Positions 29,285-39,848 of a DNA stretch of 64,000 bases are shown one piece after another. The position numbers and the translations under genes are program-made. Position 1 is the stretch's first letter. Each line of letters starts with the position of its first letter. Origin of the DNA: Roseibacillus sp. (lineage in GTDB: Bacteria > Verrucomicrobiota > Verrucomicrobiia > Verrucomicrobiales > Akkermansiaceae); contig CBDEUM010000038.1 of NCBI GenBank assembly GCA_965242925.1, positions 32,001 to 96,000 on the forward strand, given 5' to 3'. The notes beneath the pieces are model-generated. The model ran no database searches. It saw nothing but the letters and a program-made list of their open reading frames with translations, and was not told where the DNA came from.

Positions 29285-31171
29285 GTGAAATCTTCTGTTC
29301 ATTCCCGCGCCCTGCTGGTTTGCCTGGTTCTTGTGACCGGGTTCAGTGGTCTTTCGGCGCGGCTCATCTACCTTCAATGGATTGATCGCGATACGTCGGC
29401 GCCCAAGGCGGCCCGCAATCGGACGGACAAGGAAGTCATTCCGGGAAAGTTCGGCTACATCGTGGATCGGAACGACCGCATCATGGCACGGAATCTGCCG
29501 GTCACCACCGTGGTTGCAGATAAGATTCACTTGCGTGATCCAGAGGTGGCGGCGAGGGGCGTGGCCTTCGCCGAACTCGTGAACACCAGAGAATGGATCG
29601 AGGGGACGGAGCAGGAGCGTCGTCGATCCCTGAAACGTCGCACCCGTCGAATACGTGAGGAGTTGCCCCTGGGGGAGCTTCTCGATCGCTATGTCGAGCA
29701 CATGATACCGATCGCGGCGCGCGCCATCGGCATCGATCCCGGGAAGCTGGAGGAGAAACTCAGGGTCAAACTGGAGTATGTCACCATTGCGAAGGACCTG
29801 AGGGAGGATGAGGCAGACGAGATCCAGGAAGCGCTGGAGGACAACTTCATTTACGGGTTCCGCTTCGAAAAGAGCGTGAAGCGGTGGTACAGCACCTCGA
29901 ACATGGCCACCCACACCACCGGCTACGTGAATCACGAGGGGGTGGGGCAGTGCGGGTTGGAGCGTGAACTGGGCCCCCATCTGCGGGGTCACGATGGCTA
30001 TCAGATCACGAGGAAAGATCAGTCGGGACTGGTTCTGCTCACCGGTGGCGGGGTGCTCAAGCCGCCCCGATCTGGTTTCGATGCCAGGCTCTCTCTCGAT
30101 CTGAATATTCAGACCATCGTGGAAGAGGAGTTGGACTGGGGCCTCCAGAAATTTGAATCCAGCTGTGGAGCGGTCGTCGTGCTTGAGCCCAAGAGTGGTG
30201 ACGTCCTGGCAATTGCCAGTCGACCACATTTCGATTTGAACCTGCGGCAGAACATGGACGAGTCAGCCATGCATTATGCGGTGCAGGGAGTCTACGAACC
30301 AGGTTCAACCTTGAAGCTGATTTCCACCGCGGCGGCGCTCGATCTGGGCATAATGAGTCCAAAGACGGAGACGTATTGTCACAAAGGATACATGAGAATT
30401 CCGGGGGGCTACGTGAAGGACTACAAGGGCTTCGAGAATATCACCCTTGAGGAGGTTCTCGCCAAGTCGAGTAACATTGGAGCCTACAAGATTGGCATGC
30501 GGGTTGGGACGAAACGCTACATGGATTATCTGCGTCGGTTCGGGTTCACTCAGAAGACCGGAATTACCCTGTCCGGGGAAGAGGGAGGCTGGACTGCCGA
30601 TCCCGGCAACGGGATTAACTTCTCACGGATTACCTATGGCTATGGAGTGGTCGTGACACCTCTCCAGATTGGATGTGCATACGCGACTATTGCGAACGGT
30701 GGAGTGCGTATGAAGCCGCGCCTGGTAAAGGCTCTTCTCGCAAACGATGGCACGGTGGTGCAGGAGTTCCCTCCCGAGGAAGTGGAGCGGGCGGTGTCCG
30801 AAAAGACCGCGCGCAAGATGTGCGTCGCCCTGGAGACGGTGGTGAATCCCCGAGGGAAGGGCAATACCGGCAAATTCGCGGCGGTGCCCGGCTATCTTGT
30901 GTGTGGAAAGACGGGGACCGCACGGCTCTATAAGGACGGAGCATATCTTTCGGATCGTTACGCGGTCTCTTTTGCCGGATTCATGCCCCGCGACGATCCC
31001 GCCTTCGTCTGCGTGGTAGTGATCCACGATCCCCTTACGAAGGAGATCAAGGTAGGAGGAGGGTCGGTGGCGGCCCCGGTTTTCCAGCGTATTGCGGCCC
31101 GCGCCGCGGCTTGCCTGAATCTCACTCCGACCGAGCCAGTGGAGGAGGCCATCGCCTCCAACGGCAGATAA
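29285..31171 (+). CDS. ftsI: Class B penicillin-binding protein (FtsI-like)
   Basis: EPGSTLK (SxxK), SSN, KTGT. Confidence 0.9.
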   Translation: MKSSVHSRALLVCLVLVTGFSGLSARLIYLQWIDRDTSAPKAARNRTDKEVIPGKFGYIVDRNDRIMARNLPVTTVVADKIHLRDPEVAARGVAFAELVNTREWIEGTEQERRRSLKRRTRRIREELPLGELLDRYVEHMIPIAARAIGIDPGKLEEKLRVKLEYVTIAKDLREDEADEIQEALEDNFIYGFRFEKSVKRWYSTSNMATHTTGYVNHEGVGQCGLERELGPHLRGHDGYQITRKDQSGLVLLTGGGVLKPPRSGFDARLSLDLNIQTIVEEELDWGLQKFESSCGAVVVLEPKSGDVLAIASRPHFDLNLRQNMDESAMHYAVQGVYEPGSTLKLISTAAALDLGIMSPKTETYCHKGYMRIPGGYVKDYKGFENITLEEVLAKSSNIGAYKIGMRVGTKRYMDYLRRFGFTQKTGITLSGEEGGWTADPGNGINFSRITYGYGVVVTPLQIGCAYATIANGGVRMKPRLVKALLANDGTVVQEFPPEEVERAVSEKTARKMCVALETVVNPRGKGNTGKFAAVPGYLVCGKTGTARLYKDGAYLSDRYAVSFAGFMPRDDPAFVCVVVIHDPLTKEIKVGGGSVAAPVFQRIAARAAACLNLTPTEPVEEAIASNGR

Positions 31172-31178
31172 TTTCACC

Positions 31179-32681
31179 ATGATCCTGCAGGAACTGATTG
31201 ATCCTCTGCCCCGGGTGGCTTTGGCCGGGTCGGCGGATTGCGAGGTGTCCGGACTGCAGGACGACAGCCGGAACGTGGGACCCGGTGACCTCTTCGTGGC
31301 AGTAAGAGGCGACACCGTGGATGGGCATGAGTTTATCGAGTTGGCCTTGAAAGCGGGAGCCTGCGCCATTGTAGCGGAAACGGCGGCGAATTCAGATCTT
31401 CCCGAAGGCGTGAGCTGGGTGCTGGTGCCCGATTCGCGCCAGGCTCTGGGCATTCTGTCCAGCGTATGGTGTGGGAACCCGTCCTCCGATCTGCGGGTGG
31501 CGGGAGTGACCGGGACGAACGGCAAGACCACCACGGCCTTTCTCATTCATCAAATCCTGAAACAGACAATGCAGCGAGCCGGCCTGATCGGAACGGTGAT
31601 CTTTGACGATGGTTCGAAACAGGAGGTGGCTAATTTTACCACGCCCGGTACCATTAAGCTGCAGGAGCTCCTGGCCCGCATGCGGGAGAACAGGTGCCCG
31701 GGAGTGGTCCTCGAGGTGTCGTCGCAGGGGTTGGAGCAGGGTCGGGCGGATGCCATTGCCTTCGATGTGGCGGTCTTCACCAATCTGAGTCAGGACCACC
31801 TCGACTATCACGGCACGATGGAGCGGTATTTCACCTCCAAACGCCGCCTCTTTGACAGCGTAGCAGAGGACGTGGCCGGGAAAAGACCCACGGCCGTGGT
31901 CAATCGCGACGACTTTTACGGGGAAATCCTGGTCCGCGAGTACGCCGATCGGATCAATTTGATCACCTACGGATTCGGAGTGGATTGTGACTTCAGGGCC
32001 GGCAACGTGAAGCAGACTTCCCAGGGTGTTCAGTTCCAGCTGTTTGCCAAGGGCAAGTCCTATCTCGTCCGCCTGCCGCTCATCGGTCGGTTCAATGTGT
32101 GCAATGCGCTGGCCGCGCTTGGGGCCGCGGCGGCCCTGCGGGTGCCCTTGCGCGAGGCGGTGGCGGCTCTTGCGGGTGTGCCTCAGGTGCCGGGACGGAT
32201 GGAGTGTGTTGGATCAGTGGATGGAGCTGCGGTCTTTGTGGATTACGCGCACACGCCTGACGCTCTCGATAGTGTATGTCGCACCTTGCGCGAACTCGAC
32301 CCCCGCCGTCTCATTACCGTTTTCGGTTGCGGTGGCGATCGCGATCGCAACAAGCGCCCTCTCATGGGCAGGGCGGCCTCGCAGCACAGCGACTATTGCG
32401 TGGTGACTTCCGACAACCCGCGCTCGGAAGATCCGGAGAGCATCATTGCAGACATCGAGCTCGGTATGTCGGGATCAGTTTATGAGCGGGTTGTGAACAG
32501 GGAAGAGGCTATTCAGACGGCGGTGCAGGAGGCCCGGGGTGGGGATGTGGTGCTTATTGCTGGCAAAGGGCACGAGGATTACCAGGAATTCGCGGACGGG
32601 CGGATTCCGTTCGATGATCGCAAACAGACACGTGCGGCCATGGATGCGCGCCGCAAGGCCCGGGGAGAGGAACGCTCATGA
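31179..32681 (+). CDS. murE: UDP-MurNAc-tripeptide synthetase (meso-DAP type)
   Basis: GTNGKTT, DHLDYH, DYAHTPD, DNPR motif. Confidence 0.95.
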   Translation: MILQELIDPLPRVALAGSADCEVSGLQDDSRNVGPGDLFVAVRGDTVDGHEFIELALKAGACAIVAETAANSDLPEGVSWVLVPDSRQALGILSSVWCGNPSSDLRVAGVTGTNGKTTTAFLIHQILKQTMQRAGLIGTVIFDDGSKQEVANFTTPGTIKLQELLARMRENRCPGVVLEVSSQGLEQGRADAIAFDVAVFTNLSQDHLDYHGTMERYFTSKRRLFDSVAEDVAGKRPTAVVNRDDFYGEILVREYADRINLITYGFGVDCDFRAGNVKQTSQGVQFQLFAKGKSYLVRLPLIGRFNVCNALAALGAAAALRVPLREAVAALAGVPQVPGRMECVGSVDGAAVFVDYAHTPDALDSVCRTLRELDPRRLITVFGCGGDRDRNKRPLMGRAASQHSDYCVVTSDNPRSEDPESIIADIELGMSGSVYERVVNREEAIQTAVQEARGGDVVLIAGKGHEDYQEFADGRIPFDDRKQTRAAMDARRKARGEERS

Positions 32682-34066
32682 ATACCTACCCGATCCAGAA
32701 ACTGAGCGATGCGATGGGGGGGGAGCTCATCTTGGGAGAAGGAAACGGACTGGTGGAATCCGGGGTGTCCACCGACACGCGTAGTCTGGTGCCGGGTGCT
32801 CTTTTCTTTGCCCTCTCCGGCGAGAACTTCGATGGGCACGATTTCCTGGACCAGGCAGTGGCTGCCGGGGCCGCCGGACTGGTGGTCCGGGATCTCCCCG
32901 ATGGTCTGGATCCCGGGAGGAGTGCGGTGATTCAGGTGAACGACACCCTCCTGGCGTTGCAGAAGTTGGCCCATTGGTACCGGGGAAAACTTGATGTGGT
33001 GGTGATCGGCATCACCGGATCGAATGGCAAGACCAGCACAAAGGATTTCACGTTATCCGTGATCGGACAGCGCTACCAGGTCCATGCCACGAAGGGGAAT
33101 CTCAACAATCACATCGGGTTGCCATTGACCGTATTGGAGACGGACGATGACGATGACGTGCTCGTGGTGGAGATGGGAATGAACCATTCCGGCGAAATCG
33201 CACCGTTGTGTGAGATCGCGCAGCCGCATATCGGGATTATTACCAACATCGGGTATGCGCACATCGAGTTCATGGGGAGTCGGGAGGCCATTGCGGAGGA
33301 GAAGGGAGCCCTTGCGCGTTCACTTCCGGAGGTCGGAACTCTTCTGGTAACCGCTGGCTGCGAGTTTGCAAACTACTTCGGGGCTCGGAGTCATGCACGT
33401 TCGGTTTCGGTGGGTAATGGGCGTGGTGTGATTCGAGCCGAAGGACTGCAACTTACGGAAGCTGGTTCCGAGTTCGAGCTTGTCATCGACGGGGAGGAGA
33501 GTTCCCACGTGCAGCTCGCGGTGGCCGGCAAGCACATGGTGAACAATGCTCTCCTGGCGGCGGGAGCAGGCTGGGTGCTCGGATTGGCACCGGAGGAGCT
33601 GGCCTGTGGGTTGGAGGCCGCCCAGTTGTCCAGCGGGCGCTTGCGGTGTTTCGATCATGGCGGAATCACCGTGTATGACGACACCTACAATGCCAACCCG
33701 GACTCGATGCGGGCTGCTATCGGTGTGGTGGCCGGGCTGGCCACCAGCAATGGCAGTGCCCGGACAGTTGTATTGGGAACGATGGGAGAGCTGGGCTGCT
33801 TCTCTGAAGAGATGCACCACCAGGTGGGCGCGTATGCAGCTCAGCGGAGCCTGCGGGTGGTTAGCGTGGGAGCCGAAGCGGCAGGAATAGCGGAGGGGGC
33901 CCGGGAGGGGGGAGCGCCTGAGGTGGAGCACTTTGACCAGTATGAGGACGCTGCCAGGTGGCTACGGGAGACGCTGCAGGTGGGTGACGTGATCCTCTTC
34001 AAGGGTAGCCGTGCGGCAGCCGTGGAACGGGTCATGAACCAGGTCTTCCCCGAAAACGAAAACTGA
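32678..34066 (+). CDS. murF: UDP-MurNAc-pentapeptide synthetase
   Basis: GSNGKTSTK, NNHIGLP, EMGM, DTYNANP, KGSR. Confidence 0.95.
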   Translation: MNTYPIQKLSDAMGGELILGEGNGLVESGVSTDTRSLVPGALFFALSGENFDGHDFLDQAVAAGAAGLVVRDLPDGLDPGRSAVIQVNDTLLALQKLAHWYRGKLDVVVIGITGSNGKTSTKDFTLSVIGQRYQVHATKGNLNNHIGLPLTVLETDDDDDVLVVEMGMNHSGEIAPLCEIAQPHIGIITNIGYAHIEFMGSREAIAEEKGALARSLPEVGTLLVTAGCEFANYFGARSHARSVSVGNGRGVIRAEGLQLTEAGSEFELVIDGEESSHVQLAVAGKHMVNNALLAAGAGWVLGLAPEELACGLEAAQLSSGRLRCFDHGGITVYDDTYNANPDSMRAAIGVVAGLATSNGSARTVVLGTMGELGCFSEEMHHQVGAYAAQRSLRVVSVGAEAAGIAEGAREGGAPEVEHFDQYEDAARWLRETLQVGDVILFKGSRAAAVERVMNQVFPENEN

Positions 34067-35313
34067 TGTTTTACTGGCTTTACGAACAATGGGAACAAGC
34101 CCGTGCTTCCGGGGCGGGTTGGGCTGATCCATTCAGCTTCCTCAATATCCTCCAATATATAACGGTTCGGGCGGGGCTCGCTGCCATCCTGTCCTTTCTC
34201 GTCATTCTCGCCTTTGGGCCGAGGGTAATCCGCAAACTCATCTCTCTCAAGGTGGGTCAACCCATCCGCAGTGCGGAGGAAGTGCACAGGCTGGCGGAAT
34301 TGCATGGCGACAAGGCGGGCACTCCCACCATGGGAGGGGTGCTCATCCTTGGAGCGGTCCTCGTGGCAGTGCTTCTGTGTGGCCGTCCGCTCAATCCCTT
34401 CGTTGCGGTCACCTGCTGCGTGATGCTTGCTCTTGGATTGCTGGGATTCATGGATGACTACAACAAGGTAGTCCGTAAGAACTCAGAGGGCATCAGTGCG
34501 CGGCAGAAGCTTTTCTGGCAATTTATGATTGGAGGGGTGGCGGCCTGTTTCCTCTTCTTCAAGCCCGAGGTCTCCGGATTCGGACTTAGTGACAGCAAGG
34601 TGATGGAGGAGAGACAGGGTTACTTTATTGAAGTTTTGGATGAGGTGGACACGGATGCGGGGACCGAAGTCTCCGAATCGAAAGTGCAGCCCTTCAAGGT
34701 CAGCGAGATCAGTTTCCCGTTAATGCGAAAGCCTTTTCTCAATCTCTCCTGGCTTGCCATTCCTTTCTTCATGATCATCATCGCGGGTTGTTCCAATGCG
34801 GTGAATCTTACCGATGGGCTCGACGGACTGGCTACCGGTTGTACCATCACGGTTTCTCTGGCATACGCCGTAATAGCTTATCTGGCAGGACGCCTGATAG
34901 GTCTGGAGTATCTGCACATCCCGTTCCATCCCTTGCTGGGAGAACTCACGATCGTTCTTATGGCACTGGTAGGGTCCGGGATGGGGTTCCTCTGGTGGAA
35001 TTGCCACCCCGCCAAGGTCTTCATGGGGGATACGGGTTCACTTGCCATCGGTGGTGCGTTGGCTACCGCCGCGATCTGTGTCAGGCAGGAACTTCTCCTT
35101 GTCATCATCGGTGGAGTGTTCGTGGCAGAAGCTCTCTCCGTCATCCTTCAGGTAGGCAGCTTCAAGTTGCGGGGAAAACGCATCTTCGCGATGGCTCCCG
35201 TTCACCATCATTTTGAATTACGGGGCTGGCATGAAAGTCAGGTCATTATCCGATTCTGGATTGTTTCCATTGTGCTCGCCATGGCGGGTCTGGGGCTTCT
35301 CAAGATACTTTGA
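34066..35313 (+). CDS. mraY: Phospho-MurNAc-pentapeptide transferase
   Basis: TPTMGG, DDY, NAVNLTDGLDGL, FMGDTGS, PVHHHFE. Confidence 0.96.
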   Translation: MFYWLYEQWEQARASGAGWADPFSFLNILQYITVRAGLAAILSFLVILAFGPRVIRKLISLKVGQPIRSAEEVHRLAELHGDKAGTPTMGGVLILGAVLVAVLLCGRPLNPFVAVTCCVMLALGLLGFMDDYNKVVRKNSEGISARQKLFWQFMIGGVAACFLFFKPEVSGFGLSDSKVMEERQGYFIEVLDEVDTDAGTEVSESKVQPFKVSEISFPLMRKPFLNLSWLAIPFFMIIIAGCSNAVNLTDGLDGLATGCTITVSLAYAVIAYLAGRLIGLEYLHIPFHPLLGELTIVLMALVGSGMGFLWWNCHPAKVFMGDTGSLAIGGALATAAICVRQELLLVIIGGVFVAEALSVILQVGSFKLRGKRIFAMAPVHHHFELRGWHESQVIIRFWIVSIVLAMAGLGLLKIL

Positions 35314-35317
35314 CGAA

Positions 35318-36625
35318 ATGAATCTCGCTGGTCAGAAAGTTGCGATCCTGGGGGTGGGCCGGAGTGGTCGGGCTGCCGCACAGCTGGCGTTGCGGGAGGG
35401 CGGGATGGTCACTCTCTACGATTCGTCCTCTTCCGAGGCCTTCGCGGGCGTGGCGGAAGAGATTGCCCGTCATCCCGGGGCGACCACGGAGACAGGTCGG
35501 GCCTGCGAGGCTGATCTGGTAGTGATCAGTCCTGGGATCGAGACAGGAGGGGAATTTGCACAATCCTTTGCCCGGGGCGCCGGAGAATTCATAGGGGAGA
35601 CTGAATTGGCCGCGCGTTTCTATGAAGGGCGCGTGGTGGGCATCACGGGCACCAACGGGAAGACCACCACCACCGAATTGGTGCAGCACTTGGTAAGGGC
35701 CGAAGGGATGAGCTGTGAAGCATGTGGCAATTACGGCCGCCCGTTTGCCGACGTTGTTCTCGGGAGCGACCACCCGGAGGCGGTCTCCCTGGAACTGTCC
35801 TCCTTCCAACTCGAGACCATTGAGACCTTTCGTCCCGATGTGGCGGTCTGGCTCAATTTTTCTCCCGATCACATGGATCGCTATCGGAGCGTTGAAGAAT
35901 ATCATGCGGCCAAGCGGCGCATCTTCGAGAACCAGCGATCCGGGGATACTGCAGTGGTGCGTCTGGGGGAAGAAGTGGGAGACCTTGTCGCGCGACGCGT
36001 CAGTTTCTCCGGTACGGAGACTGGTGGCGATTATGAATTGCAGGGGACTTCCATCGTTTCGGACAGAAGCACGGTCCTGAACCTTTACCCAACCCGTCTG
36101 CGGGGCATTCACAATGCCGAGAATGTGATGGCTGCGGTGGCGGCTGTACAGGCCCTGGGGGTTTCACGTGAAGCAGCGTCGGAAGCGCTGGCCGGGTATG
36201 CCCCTCCGTTGCACCGTTGCGAACTGATCCGAACCCTCGATGGGGTGGAGTATATCAATGACTCCAAAGCGACCAATCTGCATGCTCTGGAAGCCGCCCT
36301 CCTCTCCCAGGATCGCCCCACTATTCTCATTGCTGGCGGAAAAGAGAAAGGACTGGACTACGAGCCGCTCCTGCCCCACCTGGAAAAGTCAGTGGAGACG
36401 GCTGTAGTGTTTGGCGAGATCCGGGATCGATTGGCTGCCATCTTTTCGCAGGCGGTGACCACCCGGGTTGCGGAGAGCCTGGAGGAAGCAGTGGGCATCG
36501 CACGGCATGCGGCCCCCCACGGAAGCACGATTCTCTTTTCTCCCGGCACTTCCTCCTTTGACATGTTTTCCGGCTATGAGGAACGCGGTGACTCGTTCCG
36601 GGCTACTGTGCAGGCCCTCAAGTGA
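35318..36625 (+). CDS. murD: UDP-MurNAc-L-Ala-D-Glu ligase
   Basis: GTNGKTTT, ELSSFQL, DHMDRY, NDSKATN, SFDMF. Confidence 0.95.
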   Translation: MNLAGQKVAILGVGRSGRAAAQLALREGGMVTLYDSSSSEAFAGVAEEIARHPGATTETGRACEADLVVISPGIETGGEFAQSFARGAGEFIGETELAARFYEGRVVGITGTNGKTTTTELVQHLVRAEGMSCEACGNYGRPFADVVLGSDHPEAVSLELSSFQLETIETFRPDVAVWLNFSPDHMDRYRSVEEYHAAKRRIFENQRSGDTAVVRLGEEVGDLVARRVSFSGTETGGDYELQGTSIVSDRSTVLNLYPTRLRGIHNAENVMAAVAAVQALGVSREAASEALAGYAPPLHRCELIRTLDGVEYINDSKATNLHALEAALLSQDRPTILIAGGKEKGLDYEPLLPHLEKSVETAVVFGEIRDRLAAIFSQAVTTRVAESLEEAVGIARHAAPHGSTILFSPGTSSFDMFSGYEERGDSFRATVQALK

Positions 36626-36658
36626 GGTCCGTCATTCAACCGATAACAAACACCCCAG

Positions 36659-37450
36659 ATGAAAAGACAATCGTTTCAGAAAAAAAGACTTCCGGCGGGC
36701 GGAAGAAGCCTGTTTGTGTTCCATTCCAAGATTCGCCGACGGAAAAAGCAACGGGTCGCTGCCAGTGCCGACCTGGCCTCTGAAGTTCCCAATCTCGGCG
36801 TGGCAAGAGCCCTTCTGGTGATCCTCGTCCTTCATGTGGCCGCAATTGCCGCCATCTTCATTCACAACCGGGTGACCGACGATGACGTCGTAGCCACGGA
36901 CAGTGGATCGAAAAATGCGACGGCGGCTTTCGGAACACAGAACAAGGAACCGGCGACCGCCGCCAAGGGCGGCGAGGCCTTCTACTTTGTCTCGACGGGC
37001 GATACCTATGATCGCATCGCCCGCTTGAAGAGTGTTGATGTGCAGGAGTTGCGCGATCTCAACAATGGCAAGGGACTGGATCCCGGTGCCATCCTGCGCA
37101 TTCCCATCAACAGGATTGTGCCCACGGTGGAGGCTGCATCCGGTAATCCGGATCCCGTTCCCGATGCTTCTGAACCATCAGTTGCGCCGGTCAACCAGGT
37201 GGCCGCGGTGGTGAAGCCGAGTGTGACCCAGTCAGCGGGGGGAGGGGCCGCCTCCTCCCAGCTGCAGGCCGGAGACCTCACCCGTGAGCAGGGTTCCTCA
37301 ACCAGAATCTATGCTGTACAGAGCGGCGATACCGCTTGGAGGATTGCACAGCAGCATGAGGTCTCGGTTCAGGCGCTTCTGGAAGCCAATGAAATCAAGG
37401 ATGCGCGCAGACTGCAGGTGAACATGAAACTCCGCATTCCGACCCGCTGA
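36659..37450 (+). CDS. Membrane-anchored protein with two LysM domains
   Basis: YFVSTGDTYDRIA...LRIP and YAVQSGDTAWRIA...LRIP; one TM. Confidence 0.88.
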   Translation: MKRQSFQKKRLPAGGRSLFVFHSKIRRRKKQRVAASADLASEVPNLGVARALLVILVLHVAAIAAIFIHNRVTDDDVVATDSGSKNATAAFGTQNKEPATAAKGGEAFYFVSTGDTYDRIARLKSVDVQELRDLNNGKGLDPGAILRIPINRIVPTVEAASGNPDPVPDASEPSVAPVNQVAAVVKPSVTQSAGGGAASSQLQAGDLTREQGSSTRIYAVQSGDTAWRIAQQHEVSVQALLEANEIKDARRLQVNMKLRIPTR

Positions 37451-37477
37451 GGGAAGAAATGACGCCAACCTGTCGCC

Positions 37478-38629
37478 ATGGGTCGCCGCGCTGCCATCAT
37501 CCTCTGTATCTCCGTTGCCGTTCTGGTAGCGCTGGGGCTCATCATGCTCGCGAGCACCAGTGCCTGGGTATACGGGGTGGACGATGATCCCTATCTGCTC
37601 GTCAAGCGGCAGGGGATCTTTGCCGGGGTAGGGCTCATTGCGGCCCTGGTGGCTGGATGTATTGATTACCGGATTCTGCGAAGGATGTGGATGCCACTCC
37701 TGATCGCAGGGTGCGTGCTCCTGACGCTCTGTTATGTGCCGGGGGTGCAGGTTGAGGTGAAGGGTGAAGCGCGCTGGATCTGGGCGCCCGTGATCGGACG
37801 CTTCCAGCCATCCGAGGTGGCCAAGCTGGTAGTGATCATCGCTCTGGCGGCGTGGTTTGCGCAGCACCAGGCGGAAGCCAGGTCGTTCCTGCGGGGCTTT
37901 GTGCTGCCCGGTCTGTTGCTGGGAATCCCGGTAGCGCTCATCTTCTTTGAGAAAGACATGGGGACCGCGGTGGCCCTGGGCGGAGCGGGTTTCCTCGTGA
38001 TGTTTACGGCGGGGACCCGGGTGTCACTATTGAGCCTGGTTGCGGTGGTTGGGATTCTGGGGCTCTACAAGGCAGTGGAGAGTGATCCCTATCGACGTAT
38101 GAAATTTGAAGCGCTACTGAATCTTGATGATCCGGAAGTTCAGCGCAAGGCGGGCTACCAGCAGTACCGGGCCAAGCTCGCTCTGGCATCGGGCGGACTT
38201 CTGGGGGCGGGTCTGGGTAATGGTGCCGAGAAGCACGGCTACCTGCCGGAGGCTCATACCGACTTCATCTTCCCGGTGGCGGGTGAGGAACTAGGGCTCC
38301 TCTGCACCCTGGGAATCGTTTTCTGCTTTGTTCTGATCAGTACATCAGGAATCTCGATTGCGCTGCATTCATCCGATCGGTTCGGCAAGCTGCTGGGGCT
38401 TGGGCTCACGGCGGCAATTACCCTGCCGGCCCTGATGAACATCGGAGTTGTCACCAGTGTTCTGCCCAATACCGGGCTCCCACTGCCTTTTGTCAGCTAC
38501 GGGGGCACCAATCTGGTCTTTACACTTGCGGCGGTGGGCTTGCTTGTCAGTCTGCACCGTCGCGCGTTCTACGCCGAATGTGCCGAGATGCCCGTCATCA
38601 AGGAGAGGCAGCTCGCACTAAAGATCTAG
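37478..38629 (+). CDS. ftsW: SEDS peptidoglycan glycosyltransferase
   Basis: FQPSEVAK, LPEAHTDFIF...EELG, LPFVSYGG. Confidence 0.93.
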   Translation: MGRRAAIILCISVAVLVALGLIMLASTSAWVYGVDDDPYLLVKRQGIFAGVGLIAALVAGCIDYRILRRMWMPLLIAGCVLLTLCYVPGVQVEVKGEARWIWAPVIGRFQPSEVAKLVVIIALAAWFAQHQAEARSFLRGFVLPGLLLGIPVALIFFEKDMGTAVALGGAGFLVMFTAGTRVSLLSLVAVVGILGLYKAVESDPYRRMKFEALLNLDDPEVQRKAGYQQYRAKLALASGGLLGAGLGNGAEKHGYLPEAHTDFIFPVAGEELGLLCTLGIVFCFVLISTSGISIALHSSDRFGKLLGLGLTAAITLPALMNIGVVTSVLPNTGLPLPFVSYGGTNLVFTLAAVGLLVSLHRRAFYAECAEMPVIKERQLALKI

Positions 38630-38689
38630 CGAGGCAAAGTCCCTGATCCGGCTCTCCAGTTAAGTCCAAGGTCTAAAGTTTCAATTTCC

Positions 38690-39775
38690 GTGCCCCAGAA
38701 ACTTTCCGTCGTCATTGCCTGTGGAGGGACCGGCGGACATCTCTTTCCCGGGATTGCGGTAGCGGAGGAACTGAAGCGTCGTGGGCACCGTCCGCTTCTC
38801 CTCATCTCACGAAAGAGGGTGGATGCCGACGCCTCCGCCAAGTATGGCACGCTGGACTTCAGAACCGTTGAGGCCATCGCGAAACCGCCGACTCTCTCTC
38901 CGAAGATGCTGCCCTTTCTCTGGCGTCTCTGGAGAACGATTCGCCAGTCCAAGGGGCTCCTCAGGGAGCAACGCGTCGAGGTGGTCCTCGGGATGGGAGG
39001 ATTTACATCACTACCGCCCGTCTATGCCGGAAAGAAGATGGGGTTGGTCACCGCCCTGCACGATTCCAATGCCCTCCCTGGGAAATCGAACCGGATGGGG
39101 GCGAGGTGGTGCAGTAAGATTCTGGTGGGACTGGAGGCGGCACGGGCCTACTTTCCGGAAGGCGAAGTGGAGGTCACCGGAACCCCTGTGCGCCGCGAGT
39201 TTGAGAACCTGCCCTCCAGAGCTGAAGCGCGGGAAGGTCTTGGGCTGTCCGTCGATCGACCGGTGGTGTTCGCCTTCGGGGGCAGCCAGGGTGCGCGGGG
39301 TCTGAACACTCTGGTGGCCGAGGCGGCGGAGATCCTTGGAGACGGAGTGCAGTGGTTACAGGTGGCGGGTCGGGACGACGAGCAGCGGGTGAAGGAACTG
39401 GTAGCGGGGAGGAGTGGCCATGTGGTCCGCGGTTTCTGCGATGACATGCCGGCGGCCTACGCCGCCAGTGACCTTGTGGTCAGCCGGGCGGGAGGTGCCA
39501 GCCTCACAGAGCTGGCTTACCTCGGACGGCCTTCGATTCTGGTGCCCTATCCTCATGCCGCTGACGATCATCAAACCTGCAATGCGCGGTGTTTCGAGCA
39601 GGCGGGGGCGGCTCTCCTGGCGCCGGAGTGCGAATTGGAGGGGGCGAAACTGGCGCAATTGATCGGGGGATTGCTGAAGTCTCCGGAAAATCTTGGTGCT
39701 ATGGAGCTGGCCGCGCGGGAGCTGTCCGTTGATGATGCGGCGGGACGGATCTGTGATATCCTTCTGCCCGGGTAA
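38690..39775 (+). CDS. murG: Lipid II GlcNAc transferase
   Basis: GGTGGHLFP, GGSQGA, SRAGG, PYPHA..DHQ. Confidence 0.95.
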   Translation: MPQKLSVVIACGGTGGHLFPGIAVAEELKRRGHRPLLLISRKRVDADASAKYGTLDFRTVEAIAKPPTLSPKMLPFLWRLWRTIRQSKGLLREQRVEVVLGMGGFTSLPPVYAGKKMGLVTALHDSNALPGKSNRMGARWCSKILVGLEAARAYFPEGEVEVTGTPVRREFENLPSRAEAREGLGLSVDRPVVFAFGGSQGARGLNTLVAEAAEILGDGVQWLQVAGRDDEQRVKELVAGRSGHVVRGFCDDMPAAYAASDLVVSRAGGASLTELAYLGRPSILVPYPHAADDHQTCNARCFEQAGAALLAPECELEGAKLAQLIGGLLKSPENLGAMELAARELSVDDAAGRICDILLPG

Positions 39776-39848
39776 GTGCTCGAAAGCGTTCAGATCTATT
39801 GGGGCTTTCCGCTCAACCAATTCCCGATCACCATCCCAGTCGCCCATC

